A DNA stretch of 64,000 bases from an uncultured Elusimicrobia bacterium (GTDB taxonomy: Bacteria; Elusimicrobiota; Elusimicrobia; FEN-1173): the NCBI GenBank assembly GCA_964484135.1, contig CAZAEL010000001.1, forward strand, positions 64 through 64,063, in the 5' to 3' direction. The notes under the pieces are model-generated. The model had not been told where the DNA came from. It was given only the letters and a program-made list of their open reading frames with translations, and ran no database searches. The first letter of the stretch is position 1. Each line of letters opens with the position of its first letter. Position numbers and translations under genes: made by a program. This document shows positions 18,676 to 29,021 of the stretch, piece after piece.

Positions 18676-20434
18676 GACGCACGCCCCTGTAAACGCCGTC
18701 GTCTCCCGCCGGTTGGGTTTTCTGACGCTCCTGGCCTCCCTGGGGTTCGTGATGCTGGTCTTCCGGCTTTTCCATCTCCAGATCCTCAGCGGCTCCAAGA
18801 TGTATCTGGCGGCGGAGTTGAACCGGACCGAGATCATCCCCTTGCGCGCTCCCCGGGGATCCATTCGCGACCGTCACGGCGAGGTGTTGGTCGGCAACGC
18901 CCCGCGGTTTTCGCTTTTCTACTCCGCCCAATCGGTGTCCCGGGAGGCGGAAAGGGATCTGGAAAAAGAGTTGGCGCGCTGGTTCCAGGGTTCGGAGAAG
19001 ATCCTCAGGCGGAAAATCGCCGAGGCCCGCCAGACGGGGAAAATGGTGCGGCTTTTTCCGGGGATTCCCCATCCGGTCGCTTTGGCGCTGATCGAGCAGC
19101 GGACCGTCCTCCCGGGCATCAACGTGGTCGTGGAGCCTCAACGTCACGCGTGGCACGGGAGCCTCGCGAGCCACCTGGTCGGGTACGTGGACGAGATCGG
19201 CCCCGCGGAACTGACGCGGCTCCGGAGCGAGGGCTACCGGATGGGACAGCTGATCGGAAAGACCGGGGTGGAACGGTCTTATGACGCTGTTTTGCGTGGA
19301 GAAGACGGCGGCCTGCAGTTCGAAATGGACGCCGGCGGGCATCACGTCCGGGTGGTGCGGCAGATCCCCTCCCGGTCCGGCTCGCACGTTTTTCTGACGC
19401 TGGACCGCGTTCTGCAGCAGGCCATGGAAGAGGGCCTGCGGGCCTCTCCCACCCGGCAGGGAGCGGCGGTGGCGGTGGATCCCCGCTCCGGCGCCGTCCT
19501 GGCCATGGCCAGCCAGCCCGATTTCAATCCGGCCACCGGCCCGTTGCCTTATTTGGAAGACCCCCGCCTTCCCCTTTTCAACCGGACCATCCAAGGGGGA
19601 TACCCCCCGGGGTCGACCTTCAAGCTCATGACCGCGGCCGCGGCCCTCCAGGAGGGCAACTGGGACGTTCGCCATGACATTGTTTGCACGGGCGTGTACC
19701 GGCTGGGCCGCAAAGAGTTCGCCTGCTGGAAGACCCATGGTCGTCTGGATTTTTTGGGGGCCGTGACATGGTCCTGCAACGTGTATTTCTATAACGTGGG
19801 CCTGAGGACGGGCCCGGACGCCATCGAACGGGCCGGACGGGCCTTCGGCCTGGGAGAAAAGACCGGCATAGACTTGCCGTCGGAGTCGGCCGGCCTCCTG
19901 CCCGGCCGCCGCTGGAAGAAGGAAACGCAGGGGGACGATTGGTATGAGGGGGACACGCTGAACTTTTCCATCGGCCAGGGAGCCCTCTCCACCACGCCCC
20001 TCCAGATGGCCATGGCCGTCTCCGCCTTGGCCAACGGAGGCTTCCTTTGGAAGCCGGCCGTTTTGGAGCGCGTGGTGGACCCGGCGGGCCGCGTGCTTTA
20101 TCAAAGGCGGACGGAAATCCGGAAACGCGTGGATTTGTCCGCTCCGGTCTGGGAACTTCTGAGGAGCGGCATGCAGGAGGTGGTGCGTTCCGGCACGGGC
20201 CGGGGCGTTTTCCGGCCGGACCTGGTTTTGGGGGCCAAGACGGGCACCGCCCAGAACCCCCACGGAGAGGACCATGCGTGGTTCGTGGTTTATGCGGGCC
20301 ATCCGGGGCAGGAGCCGTCTCTGGCCGTGGCGGTCCTGGTGGAACACGGGGGGCAAGGGTCCTCGGCCGCCGGTCCGGTGGCCCGGCAAGTCATCAACGC
20401 CGCCTTCCCCCTTCGGGGAGGGGGGGCCTTGTGA
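18668..20434 (+). CDS. mrdA: Penicillin-binding protein 2 (elongasome transpeptidase)
   Basis: The product has the STFK, SCN and KTGT motifs, a PBP dimerisation domain and an N-terminal TM segment. Confidence 0.9.
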   Translation: MIETHAPVNAVVSRRLGFLTLLASLGFVMLVFRLFHLQILSGSKMYLAAELNRTEIIPLRAPRGSIRDRHGEVLVGNAPRFSLFYSAQSVSREAERDLEKELARWFQGSEKILRRKIAEARQTGKMVRLFPGIPHPVALALIEQRTVLPGINVVVEPQRHAWHGSLASHLVGYVDEIGPAELTRLRSEGYRMGQLIGKTGVERSYDAVLRGEDGGLQFEMDAGGHHVRVVRQIPSRSGSHVFLTLDRVLQQAMEEGLRASPTRQGAAVAVDPRSGAVLAMASQPDFNPATGPLPYLEDPRLPLFNRTIQGGYPPGSTFKLMTAAAALQEGNWDVRHDIVCTGVYRLGRKEFACWKTHGRLDFLGAVTWSCNVYFYNVGLRTGPDAIERAGRAFGLGEKTGIDLPSESAGLLPGRRWKKETQGDDWYEGDTLNFSIGQGALSTTPLQMAMAVSALANGGFLWKPAVLERVVDPAGRVLYQRRTEIRKRVDLSAPVWELLRSGMQEVVRSGTGRGVFRPDLVLGAKTGTAQNPHGEDHAWFVVYAGHPGQEPSLAVAVLVEHGGQGSSAAGPVARQVINAAFPLRGGGAL

Positions 20435-21801
20435 AACCCGAGATCACGCCCCGATTTTACAGATCACGGGAAGACTCCTGGGCGGGACGTTTCCTCTCTC
20501 GCCTGGATTGGAGCCTCCTGTCGGCCGCCGTCCTGTTGTCCTTGATGGGGCTTTTTTTCATTTACTCCGCCACCCATCACGGCAGCCAGGGGTACGCCTA
20601 TCTGATCCGCCAGTCCGCCGCTTTCCTGGCGGGGCTTGTGGGAATGGCCGTCTTCGTCCTGCTGCCTTACCAGGTTTTTTCCACGTACGCCCGGTGGATC
20701 TACGGGATCAGCGTCATCCTTTTGATCGGTGTCCTGGTGTTCGGCGTCAGGTTGCGCGGCAGCAAGTCCTGGTTCGATTTCCATTGGTTCTATTTTCAGC
20801 CCGTGGAGGTGGCGCGGCTCGCCTTGGCCATCGGGCTGTCCGCGTACGCGGACGCGCATTTTCGGCGCATGGGGGAATGGGGAGGTTTGTTGGCGCCCCT
20901 CCTCATGACCGGTCTTTATTTCGGCCTCGTCCTCCTGCAGCCCGATCTTTCCAGCGCCCTGGTCATGGGTCCCATGGCTTTGGCCGTGCTTTACACGGCC
21001 GGGGTCCCGGTGGCGCGCCTGGCGTCCTTTTTCATGATGGCCGCCCTGGCGCTGGGCATCCCGCTGGCGTCCACCTATTTCCAGCTGGCCGGGGACCGCT
21101 TCCAGACGCCGGTCATGTCCTGGATCCGGCGCGCTTTTCTGGAACGGACGGCCTTCTTTCAGTTGTGGGGGGGCGTCTGCGCCGCCCTGTGCCTGGGGTG
21201 GTGGTTCCTGCGGAAGTGGCGCATTCCGGCGTCGTGGTTCACGCTGGCCTGTTCCCTGGCGGTGGTCGTGGCGGGAGTGGGCGGGTCCTTCGTCGTGGAA
21301 AAGGTCCTCAAGGAATACCATCGCAAGAGGCTCATCGCTTTCGTGGATCCCGGGCTGGACCCCTTGGGCGCGGGGTACAACATCCTGCAGTCCGAGATCG
21401 CCATCGGGTCCGGCCGGTTTTTCGGCAAGGGGTATCTTTCCGGAACCCAGGCGCAGCTGGGGTTCCTGCCGGAACAGCACACGGATTTCATCTTCTCGCT
21501 CATTTCGGAGGAGATGGGTTTCGTGGGGGCGTCGTTGGTGCTGTTGTTGTATTTTTGGGTGGTGTGGCGGGCTTTCGACATCGCGGCGTCGGCGCGGGAC
21601 CGGTTCGGACGGTTCCTGGCCGTGGCGCTGGGGACGTTTTTCGCCTTCTCCGGCGTCGTCAACATCGGGATGGTCATGGGGTTGATGCCGGTGACGGGCC
21701 TGCCCCTTCCCTTCCTCTCCTACGGCGGGTCGGCGTTGGTGGGGACGTTTTTGGCCGTCGGTTTTTTGCTGTCCATTCATGTCAGGCGTTTTATCCTGTA
21801 G
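20431..21801 (+). CDS. mrdB: Peptidoglycan glycosyltransferase RodA (SEDS family)
   Basis: The SEDS polytopic pattern is present (RLDWSLL...FIYSATHHG). A GTG at 20431 overlaps the mrdA stop. The ORF-track start at 20047 is rejected. Confidence 0.8.
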   Translation: MKPEITPRFYRSREDSWAGRFLSRLDWSLLSAAVLLSLMGLFFIYSATHHGSQGYAYLIRQSAAFLAGLVGMAVFVLLPYQVFSTYARWIYGISVILLIGVLVFGVRLRGSKSWFDFHWFYFQPVEVARLALAIGLSAYADAHFRRMGEWGGLLAPLLMTGLYFGLVLLQPDLSSALVMGPMALAVLYTAGVPVARLASFFMMAALALGIPLASTYFQLAGDRFQTPVMSWIRRAFLERTAFFQLWGGVCAALCLGWWFLRKWRIPASWFTLACSLAVVVAGVGGSFVVEKVLKEYHRKRLIAFVDPGLDPLGAGYNILQSEIAIGSGRFFGKGYLSGTQAQLGFLPEQHTDFIFSLISEEMGFVGASLVLLLYFWVVWRAFDIAASARDRFGRFLAVALGTFFAFSGVVNIGMVMGLMPVTGLPLPFLSYGGSALVGTFLAVGFLLSIHVRRFIL

Positions 21802-21877
21802 AGGAAAGGCGCCTGCCGCGGCGGGATCACGGAACGACGTTGTCCCTCAGCGATTTCATCTCCTTGGAGGACATAAA

Positions 21878-23305
21878 ATGAAAAAGGAAATCATCGCCAA
21901 TTGCATGCCGGAAGAAACGCGGGTGGCCGTCCTGGAGGACGGCAAGCTCGTGGAGTTCTTCCTGGAAAGGCCGGCCCTGGGCATGGCCAAGCTGGTGGGC
22001 AACATCTACAAGGGCAAGATCGAAAACGTGCTGCCGGGCATCTCCAGCGCCTTCGTCAACACGGGTTTTGAGAAGAACGCGTATCTGTACGTGACGGACG
22101 TGGTTTCCGATTCCAAGGACCGCCACATCGAAAAAATGCTCCAGCGGGGCTCCTCCATCATGGTGCAGGTGGCCAAGGAGGCCATCGGCACCAAGGGCAT
22201 GAAGGTCACCATGGACATCTCCCTGCCCGGGCGTTACCTCATCTACATGCCCAAGAGCCCGCACATCGGGGTCTCCAAAAACATCGAGAACGCCCAGGAG
22301 CGCGAGCGCCTTCGGCGCATCGTGGAGGAGCTCAAGCCCGAGGGCGGCGTGATCATCCGGACCGAGGCCGAGAACGCCGACGACCGGGAGCTGCGCCGGG
22401 AGATGAAGTACCTGATGCGCCTGTGGGAGAACATCCAGAAGAAGTACGAGTCCTCCTCGCCGGGCACCCTGATCCACCGGGAGCTCGGGCTGACCTTCCA
22501 GGTGGCGCGGGACCTCCTCACCGAGGAGGCCCACATCTTCATGATCGACTCCAAGGAGGAGTACCGGGACGTCCACGGTTTCGTGGAGATGCTCGCGCCC
22601 GAGCTGGCGGACCGGGTCCAGCATTTCACGGGCCGCACCGACATCTTCCAGGCCTTCGGCGTGGAGAAGGAGCTCAGCAAGCTGCGTCAGCAGCGCATCG
22701 ACCTGCCTTCCGGCGGATACATCATCATCCAGGAGGCGGAATCCCTCTGCGCCATCGACGTCAACACGGGCAAGTTCATCGGGCACAAGTCCCAGGAGGA
22801 GACCGTCACCGCCACCAACCTGGAGGCGGCCGCGGAGGTGGCGCGTCAGCTCCGTCTCCGGAACATCGGCGGCATCATCGTCATCGACTTCATCGACATG
22901 CGTCGGCGGCGCAACCAGCACAAGGTGGTGGAGGCGCTCCAGAACGCCACCCGCCGGGACCGGGCCAAGATCAAGATCCTGCCCATCACCCGTCTGGGCC
23001 TGGTGGAGATGACGCGCGAGCGGCGGCGGGAGTCGCTTTTGTCTTTGATGTCCGAGATCTGCCGCGAGTGCGACGGCTCCGGCCGCGTGCTCTCCCGCGA
23101 GTCCCTGTACCTCAAGATTCAGAAGGAGATCGCGGAGCTGACCCAGGGCCGCGCGGACGGGACCCTGCGCCTGACCCTCCCCTCGGTGGTGGCGGATTTC
23201 TTCCGCGACCACCAGGAGACCCTGGAGCGGCGGATCAAGCGGCCCCTCCAGATCCAGACCGACCCCACGCTGTCCTGGGAGGATTACCGCATCGTCATCG
23301 AATGA
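21878..23305 (+). CDS. rng: Ribonuclease G / RNase E-G family endoribonuclease
   Basis: The product has an S1 domain and RNase E/G catalytic core. The ATG at 21878 is preceded by GGAGG. The gene follows the mre genes as in the E. coli mre-rng neighbourhood. Confidence 0.88.
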   Translation: MKKEIIANCMPEETRVAVLEDGKLVEFFLERPALGMAKLVGNIYKGKIENVLPGISSAFVNTGFEKNAYLYVTDVVSDSKDRHIEKMLQRGSSIMVQVAKEAIGTKGMKVTMDISLPGRYLIYMPKSPHIGVSKNIENAQERERLRRIVEELKPEGGVIIRTEAENADDRELRREMKYLMRLWENIQKKYESSSPGTLIHRELGLTFQVARDLLTEEAHIFMIDSKEEYRDVHGFVEMLAPELADRVQHFTGRTDIFQAFGVEKELSKLRQQRIDLPSGGYIIIQEAESLCAIDVNTGKFIGHKSQEETVTATNLEAAAEVARQLRLRNIGGIIVIDFIDMRRRRNQHKVVEALQNATRRDRAKIKILPITRLGLVEMTRERRRESLLSLMSEICRECDGSGRVLSRESLYLKIQKEIAELTQGRADGTLRLTLPSVVADFFRDHQETLERRIKRPLQIQTDPTLSWEDYRIVIE

Positions 23306-23306
23306 C

Positions 23307-23340
23307 CCGGGGCCGGGGCGGTCCGCCCCGGCCCTTTTTG
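23307..23340 (+). terminator. Rho-independent terminator after rng
   Basis: A GC stem (ggccggggc-ggtcc-gccccggcc) is followed by TTTTT. Confidence 0.8.
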
Positions 23341-23429
23341 CGGTTGCTTCCCCGTTCCGCAAGTGTTAGAAACGTTGTGTCACGGCCGTTCAAGGGACCG
23401 GAAACCTTTCGTGAAAGGAGACGGTGGCT

Positions 23430-25379
<1,950 letters not shown>

Positions 25380-25431
25380 GACGGATTCGCTGAAACACGC
25401 CGCGAAATAGCGTTGAAAAGCGTCGAAAAAA

Positions 25432-25455
25432 CCCCTTGACAAGAGGGGTTTTTCG
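25432..25455 (+). terminator. Rho-independent terminator after acs
   Basis: The sequence is ccccttgacaagagggg followed by tttttc. Confidence 0.7.
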
Positions 25456-25465
25456 ATGTAAAAAT
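25436..25465 (+). promoter_or_regulatory. Sigma70-like promoter (TTGACA-N17-TAAAAA) for the downstream regulator gene
   Basis: A consensus -35 TTGACA sits at 25436-25441 and an A/T-rich -10 at about 25459-25465. The promoter overlaps the terminator hairpin. Confidence 0.45.
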
Positions 25466-25471
25466 TGTTTA

Positions 25472-25488
25472 GAACGTATTAAACGTTC
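25472..25488. promoter_or_regulatory. Perfect inverted repeat GAACGT-N5-ACGTTC (candidate operator) 10 nt before the regulator start codon
   Basis: The sequence is agaacgtattaaacgttca. Confidence 0.45.
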
Positions 25489-25497
25489 AGAAAACAT

Positions 25498-25971
25498 ATG
25501 ACCCCCCCTCCCCTGCAAGAGGATTTCGCCCGTCTGGCCGGCGAGCTGGCCGAGTCCCTGAGCTTCAACCGCTCCATCGGCCAGATCTACGGCCTGCTGT
25601 ACCTCGCCTCCGAACCCATGTCCCTGGAAGACATCGCCAAGCGCCTGGGCATGAGCAAGGGCAACGCCAGCATCAATTTGCGGGCCCTGGCCTCCTGGGG
25701 CGCGGTGCGGCCCGTCTGGGTGCGGGGGAGCCGGCGCGACCACTACGAGGCGGACCGGAACATCAAGGCCCTGGCCCTTCGCCGCCTGGAGGAGGGGCTG
25801 TCCCGGCGCCTGGACATGGCCGAGGAAAAGATGGACAGCCTCCTGAGCCGGGACGGCGCCCTGCAGGACCCGGCCGTGAAGAAACGGCTCCAGGAACTGC
25901 GGTCCCTGGTGGGGTCGGGACGCAAGGCCCTGCGCGTCCTGCCCAAAATCCTGGGCTTCCTGGCCCGATAG
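25498..25971 (+). CDS. GbsR/MarR-type winged-helix transcriptional regulator
   Basis: The 157 aa product has the GbsR-family pattern (IGQIYGLLYLASEPMSLEDIAKRLGMSKGNASINLRALASWGAV). Confidence 0.7.
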   Translation: MTPPPLQEDFARLAGELAESLSFNRSIGQIYGLLYLASEPMSLEDIAKRLGMSKGNASINLRALASWGAVRPVWVRGSRRDHYEADRNIKALALRRLEEGLSRRLDMAEEKMDSLLSRDGALQDPAVKKRLQELRSLVGSGRKALRVLPKILGFLAR

Positions 25972-25981
25972 GAGATCTATC

Positions 25982-26986
25982 ATGGCGCAGATCACGCCCC
26001 ATCCCGATTTTTCCAGCTTCAAGATCGGCTTTCACCCCGCGGACAAGAAGCGGGTGTACGAATGTTGGGACGAGATCTTCGCCAGCCAGAAATGGACCGA
26101 GGGCAAGTTCACCCAGCTCTTCGAGGAGAAATGGGCCCGCTGGAACGGCCTGTCCTCTGTGGCGCTCTCCAGTTGGGCGGGCGGGGCCATGGCCTGTTTG
26201 GAATATTTCAAGGTCAGGGGGCGCAAGGTCCTCTGCCCCACCAACACTTTCATGGCCACGCCGCTCTCCGTGGTCAAGGCCGGCGCCGAGGTGGTGTTCG
26301 GGGACTGCCACCGGGAGGACCTGTGCCTGAGCTATGACGCCGTGGTCCAGGCCGCGGCCCAACATGATTTGGCCGCGGTGTGGCTGGTGCACATCGGCGG
26401 CCACATCGCCTTCGACACGCCCAAGATCGCGGAGTTCTGCCGCGCCAAGGGCATCGCTCTGCTTGAGGACTGCGCCCACGCCCACGGCGCCTCCTGGAAG
26501 GGACAAAAACCCGGCGCTTGGGGCGACGCGGGCGTCTATTCCTTCTACGCCACCAAGTCCGTTTCCACCGGGGAGGGGGGCATGCTGGTGTCCCGGAACC
26601 AGGGCCTCGTTGATTTCGCCAGGAAGTACCGCAACTACGGCAAGTTCGAGCACGAGGTGGAGGGGCTCAACTACCGCATGTCCGAGTTCACCGCGGCCCT
26701 GGGCGCGGTGCAGGCGGACCGGCTGGAGGAGATCACGGCCTGGAAGAACGAGGCGGCGCAAAAGCACCTGGACCCCCGGTACGCCAAGCGGGTGCGGTTC
26801 CCGGAGGGCATGGTGTCCGGGTACTACAAGTACATCGTTTTCGAGCCCGTGGAAAAGTCCACGGGCAAGGTTTACGACAAGCTGTGCCATGCCCTCATGA
26901 AGCGGGGCGGGTCCTTCCCCAACGCGGAGTGGGTGGCGCAGAACCATTGGTGCGTGCCGCTGTACTACAATCCGGAGGTCAGATAA
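25982..26986 (+). CDS. DegT/DnrJ/EryC1/StrS-family PLP-dependent sugar aminotransferase/dehydratase
   Basis: The product has the PLP-lysine region FYATKSVSTGEGG and the AHAHGA motif. Confidence 0.8.
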   Translation: MAQITPHPDFSSFKIGFHPADKKRVYECWDEIFASQKWTEGKFTQLFEEKWARWNGLSSVALSSWAGGAMACLEYFKVRGRKVLCPTNTFMATPLSVVKAGAEVVFGDCHREDLCLSYDAVVQAAAQHDLAAVWLVHIGGHIAFDTPKIAEFCRAKGIALLEDCAHAHGASWKGQKPGAWGDAGVYSFYATKSVSTGEGGMLVSRNQGLVDFARKYRNYGKFEHEVEGLNYRMSEFTAALGAVQADRLEEITAWKNEAAQKHLDPRYAKRVRFPEGMVSGYYKYIVFEPVEKSTGKVYDKLCHALMKRGGSFPNAEWVAQNHWCVPLYYNPEVR

Positions 26987-26987
26987 C

Positions 26988-27929
26988 ATGAAAGTCATGG
27001 TGACGGGCGGGTCCGGGTTCATCGGGTCCCATGTGGTGGACAAGCTCAGGGACAGGGGGGTGGAGGTCCGGGTCTTCGACATGATCATCCCCACCTTCCG
27101 CAAGGACGTGGAGTTTTACCACGGCAGCCTCCTGGACCTGGAGGCCCTGCGCATGGCCATGAACGGGGTGAGCGCGGTGTACCATTTGGCCGCGGTGGCG
27201 GACGTGAAGGACGTGTTCGAGGAGCCACACTACTCCGAGACCATCAACGTGCGCGGCACCATCAACGTGCTGGAGGCGGCCCGCCGCAGCAAGATCCCCC
27301 GGGTCATCTACGGCAGCACCACCTGGGTGTACAGCGAGTGCGCGGGGGAGCGCGTGGACGAGACCACGCCCCTCTCCGCGCCGTCCCACCTGTACACCGC
27401 CACCAAGATCGCCTCGGAGTACTACTGCCAGAGCTACTCCAAGCTCTACGGCGTGGACTTCACCATTCTGCGTTACGGCATCCCGTACGGCCCCCGGGCC
27501 CGGTCCGGCGCCGTGGTCCCCATCTTCGTGAACAAGGCCCTGAAGGGCGAGCCCCTGACCCTGGCCGGGGACGGCATGCAGTTCCGCAAGTTCGTGTACG
27601 TGGAGGACCTGGCCGAGGGCAACGCCCTGGCGCTCAAGCCCGCGGCCAAGAACAAGATCTACAACCTGGACGGGCGGGAGAAGATCACCATCAAGCAGAT
27701 CGCGGAGACGGTCCAGAAGATCATCGGCAACGTGAAGATCGAGCACGGCCCGGCCCGGCCGGGGGACTTCGGCGGCAAGGAGGTCTCCAGCGAGCGGGCC
27801 AGGCAGGATCTGGGGTGGGAGGCCAGGACCCCTTTCGAGGAGGGCGTGCGGCGGTACGTGGCCTGGTTCAAGGAACAGCAGAAGAAAAAAGAGGAGGAAG
27901 GCCGGGCCCTGCACCCGGACCTGAAATAG
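26988..27929 (+). CDS. NAD-dependent epimerase/dehydratase (extended SDR)
   Basis: The product has the TGGSGFIGSH Rossmann motif and a YxxxK motif. Confidence 0.85.
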   Translation: MKVMVTGGSGFIGSHVVDKLRDRGVEVRVFDMIIPTFRKDVEFYHGSLLDLEALRMAMNGVSAVYHLAAVADVKDVFEEPHYSETINVRGTINVLEAARRSKIPRVIYGSTTWVYSECAGERVDETTPLSAPSHLYTATKIASEYYCQSYSKLYGVDFTILRYGIPYGPRARSGAVVPIFVNKALKGEPLTLAGDGMQFRKFVYVEDLAEGNALALKPAAKNKIYNLDGREKITIKQIAETVQKIIGNVKIEHGPARPGDFGGKEVSSERARQDLGWEARTPFEEGVRRYVAWFKEQQKKKEEEGRALHPDLK

Positions 27930-27936
27930 GGCTCCC

Positions 27937-29010
27937 ATGAAAGACAAGGAAAAACAACCGGCAAGAACGGATCCGCGCGGCGGCGCCGACGCGCTGTCCG
28001 ACCAGGCCGTCCTGGAGGAGGGCCGCCGCGTTCTGTCCATGGAGGCCCGGGCCCTGGAGGAGATGGGCGCGCGGTTGAACCATGATTTCTGCCGGGCGGT
28101 CCGGGCCGTGGCCGCCTGCCAGGGCAAGGTGGTGCTCACGGGCGTGGGCAAGTCCGGTTTCGTGGCCCGCAAGATCGCCAGCACCCTGTCCAGCCTGGGG
28201 CGGCCCTCCTTTTTCGTCCACCCCACGGAAGGCGTGCACGGGGACCTGGGCATGCTGCGGTCCGACGACCTTTTGATCAGCGTGTCCCAGAGCGGGAGCA
28301 CCAACGAATTGGTCTCTTTTCTCACCGTGGCCAAGACGCGCTTCAACGTGCCCGTCATCGCCATCGTGGGCGAGAACGGCGGGAACTTGGAGCGGTGGGC
28401 GGACATCGTTCTGGCCACCGGCGCGGTGGAGGAGGCCTGCGCCCTGGGTTTGGCGCCCACCACCTCCAGCACCGCGGCCCTGGCCCTGGGCGACGCCCTG
28501 GCCGTGGCGGTCAGCCGCCTCATGGGGCTGGAGGCCAAGGACTTCGCGGCCCTGCACCCGGCCGGCGCCTTGGGCCACCGCTTGTACGCGCCCGTGGAAA
28601 AGCTCATGCGGCGGGAGTTCCCGCGTGTGGACGCCGGCCGGACCCTGCGGGAGATCTCGCCCCTCATCACCCAGGGCGGCATCGGCCTGGCCGTGGTGGA
28701 GGACAAGGAGACGGGCCGCCTGGGCGTGGTCACGGACGGCGACATCCGCCGGGCCGTGCAAAAGGGGCCGGCGGGCCTGGACCAGAAGGCCCGGGACGTC
28801 ATGTCCGCCTCGCCCAAATCCGTGGGCCTCAAGACCCTGGGCATGGACGCCCTCATGGAAATGGAGCGGTCCCGTATCACCTCCCTGGTGGTGCTGGACG
28901 AGCAGGGGCGGCTGGCCGGCGTCCTGCATATCCACGACATTCTGCGGTATGGGCTGGACCTGGTCTCGCCCGCGTATAGGAAGGGGAATCTGCGGGACGT
29001 GCTGCCTTAG
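27937..29010 (+). CDS. kpsF: Sugar-phosphate isomerase, KpsF/GutQ (KdsD) family: SIS domain plus two CBS domains
   Basis: The SIS motif (VLTGVGKSGFVARKIASTLSS...SQSGST) is followed by tandem CBS domains. Confidence 0.8.
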   Translation: MKDKEKQPARTDPRGGADALSDQAVLEEGRRVLSMEARALEEMGARLNHDFCRAVRAVAACQGKVVLTGVGKSGFVARKIASTLSSLGRPSFFVHPTEGVHGDLGMLRSDDLLISVSQSGSTNELVSFLTVAKTRFNVPVIAIVGENGGNLERWADIVLATGAVEEACALGLAPTTSSTAALALGDALAVAVSRLMGLEAKDFAALHPAGALGHRLYAPVEKLMRREFPRVDAGRTLREISPLITQGGIGLAVVEDKETGRLGVVTDGDIRRAVQKGPAGLDQKARDVMSASPKSVGLKTLGMDALMEMERSRITSLVVLDEQGRLAGVLHIHDILRYGLDLVSPAYRKGNLRDVLP

Positions 29011-29021
29011 AGGCGACCGCC

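Noticed and set aside
16136-20389. Very long minus-strand ORFs (16136..17917 and 18614..20389) antisense to mreB/mreC and mrdA.
   Set aside because: They are antisense to genes with strong family signatures and yield low-complexity products. Stop-codon scarcity is expected in GC-rich DNA.
20047-20430. ORF-track N-terminal extensions of real genes: rodA from 20047, map from 11479, rplE from 6232, the GT8 gene from 31024, the ABC transporter from 31518, and ORFs at 33927, 36518, 37664, 38121, 38789, 40851, 41867, 43267, 44836, 51601, 54181, 55998 and 56879.
   Set aside because: Each extension runs through the upstream gene in another frame and encodes Gly/Arg/Pro-rich sequence. Shorter starts that abut or overlap the upstream stop by 1-4 nt give proteins of family-typical length.
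25763-28940. Minus-strand ORFs 25763..27103 and 26979..28940 antisense to the DegT, SDR and KpsF genes.
   Set aside because: They are antisense shadow ORFs, and the + strand genes carry clear catalytic motifs.
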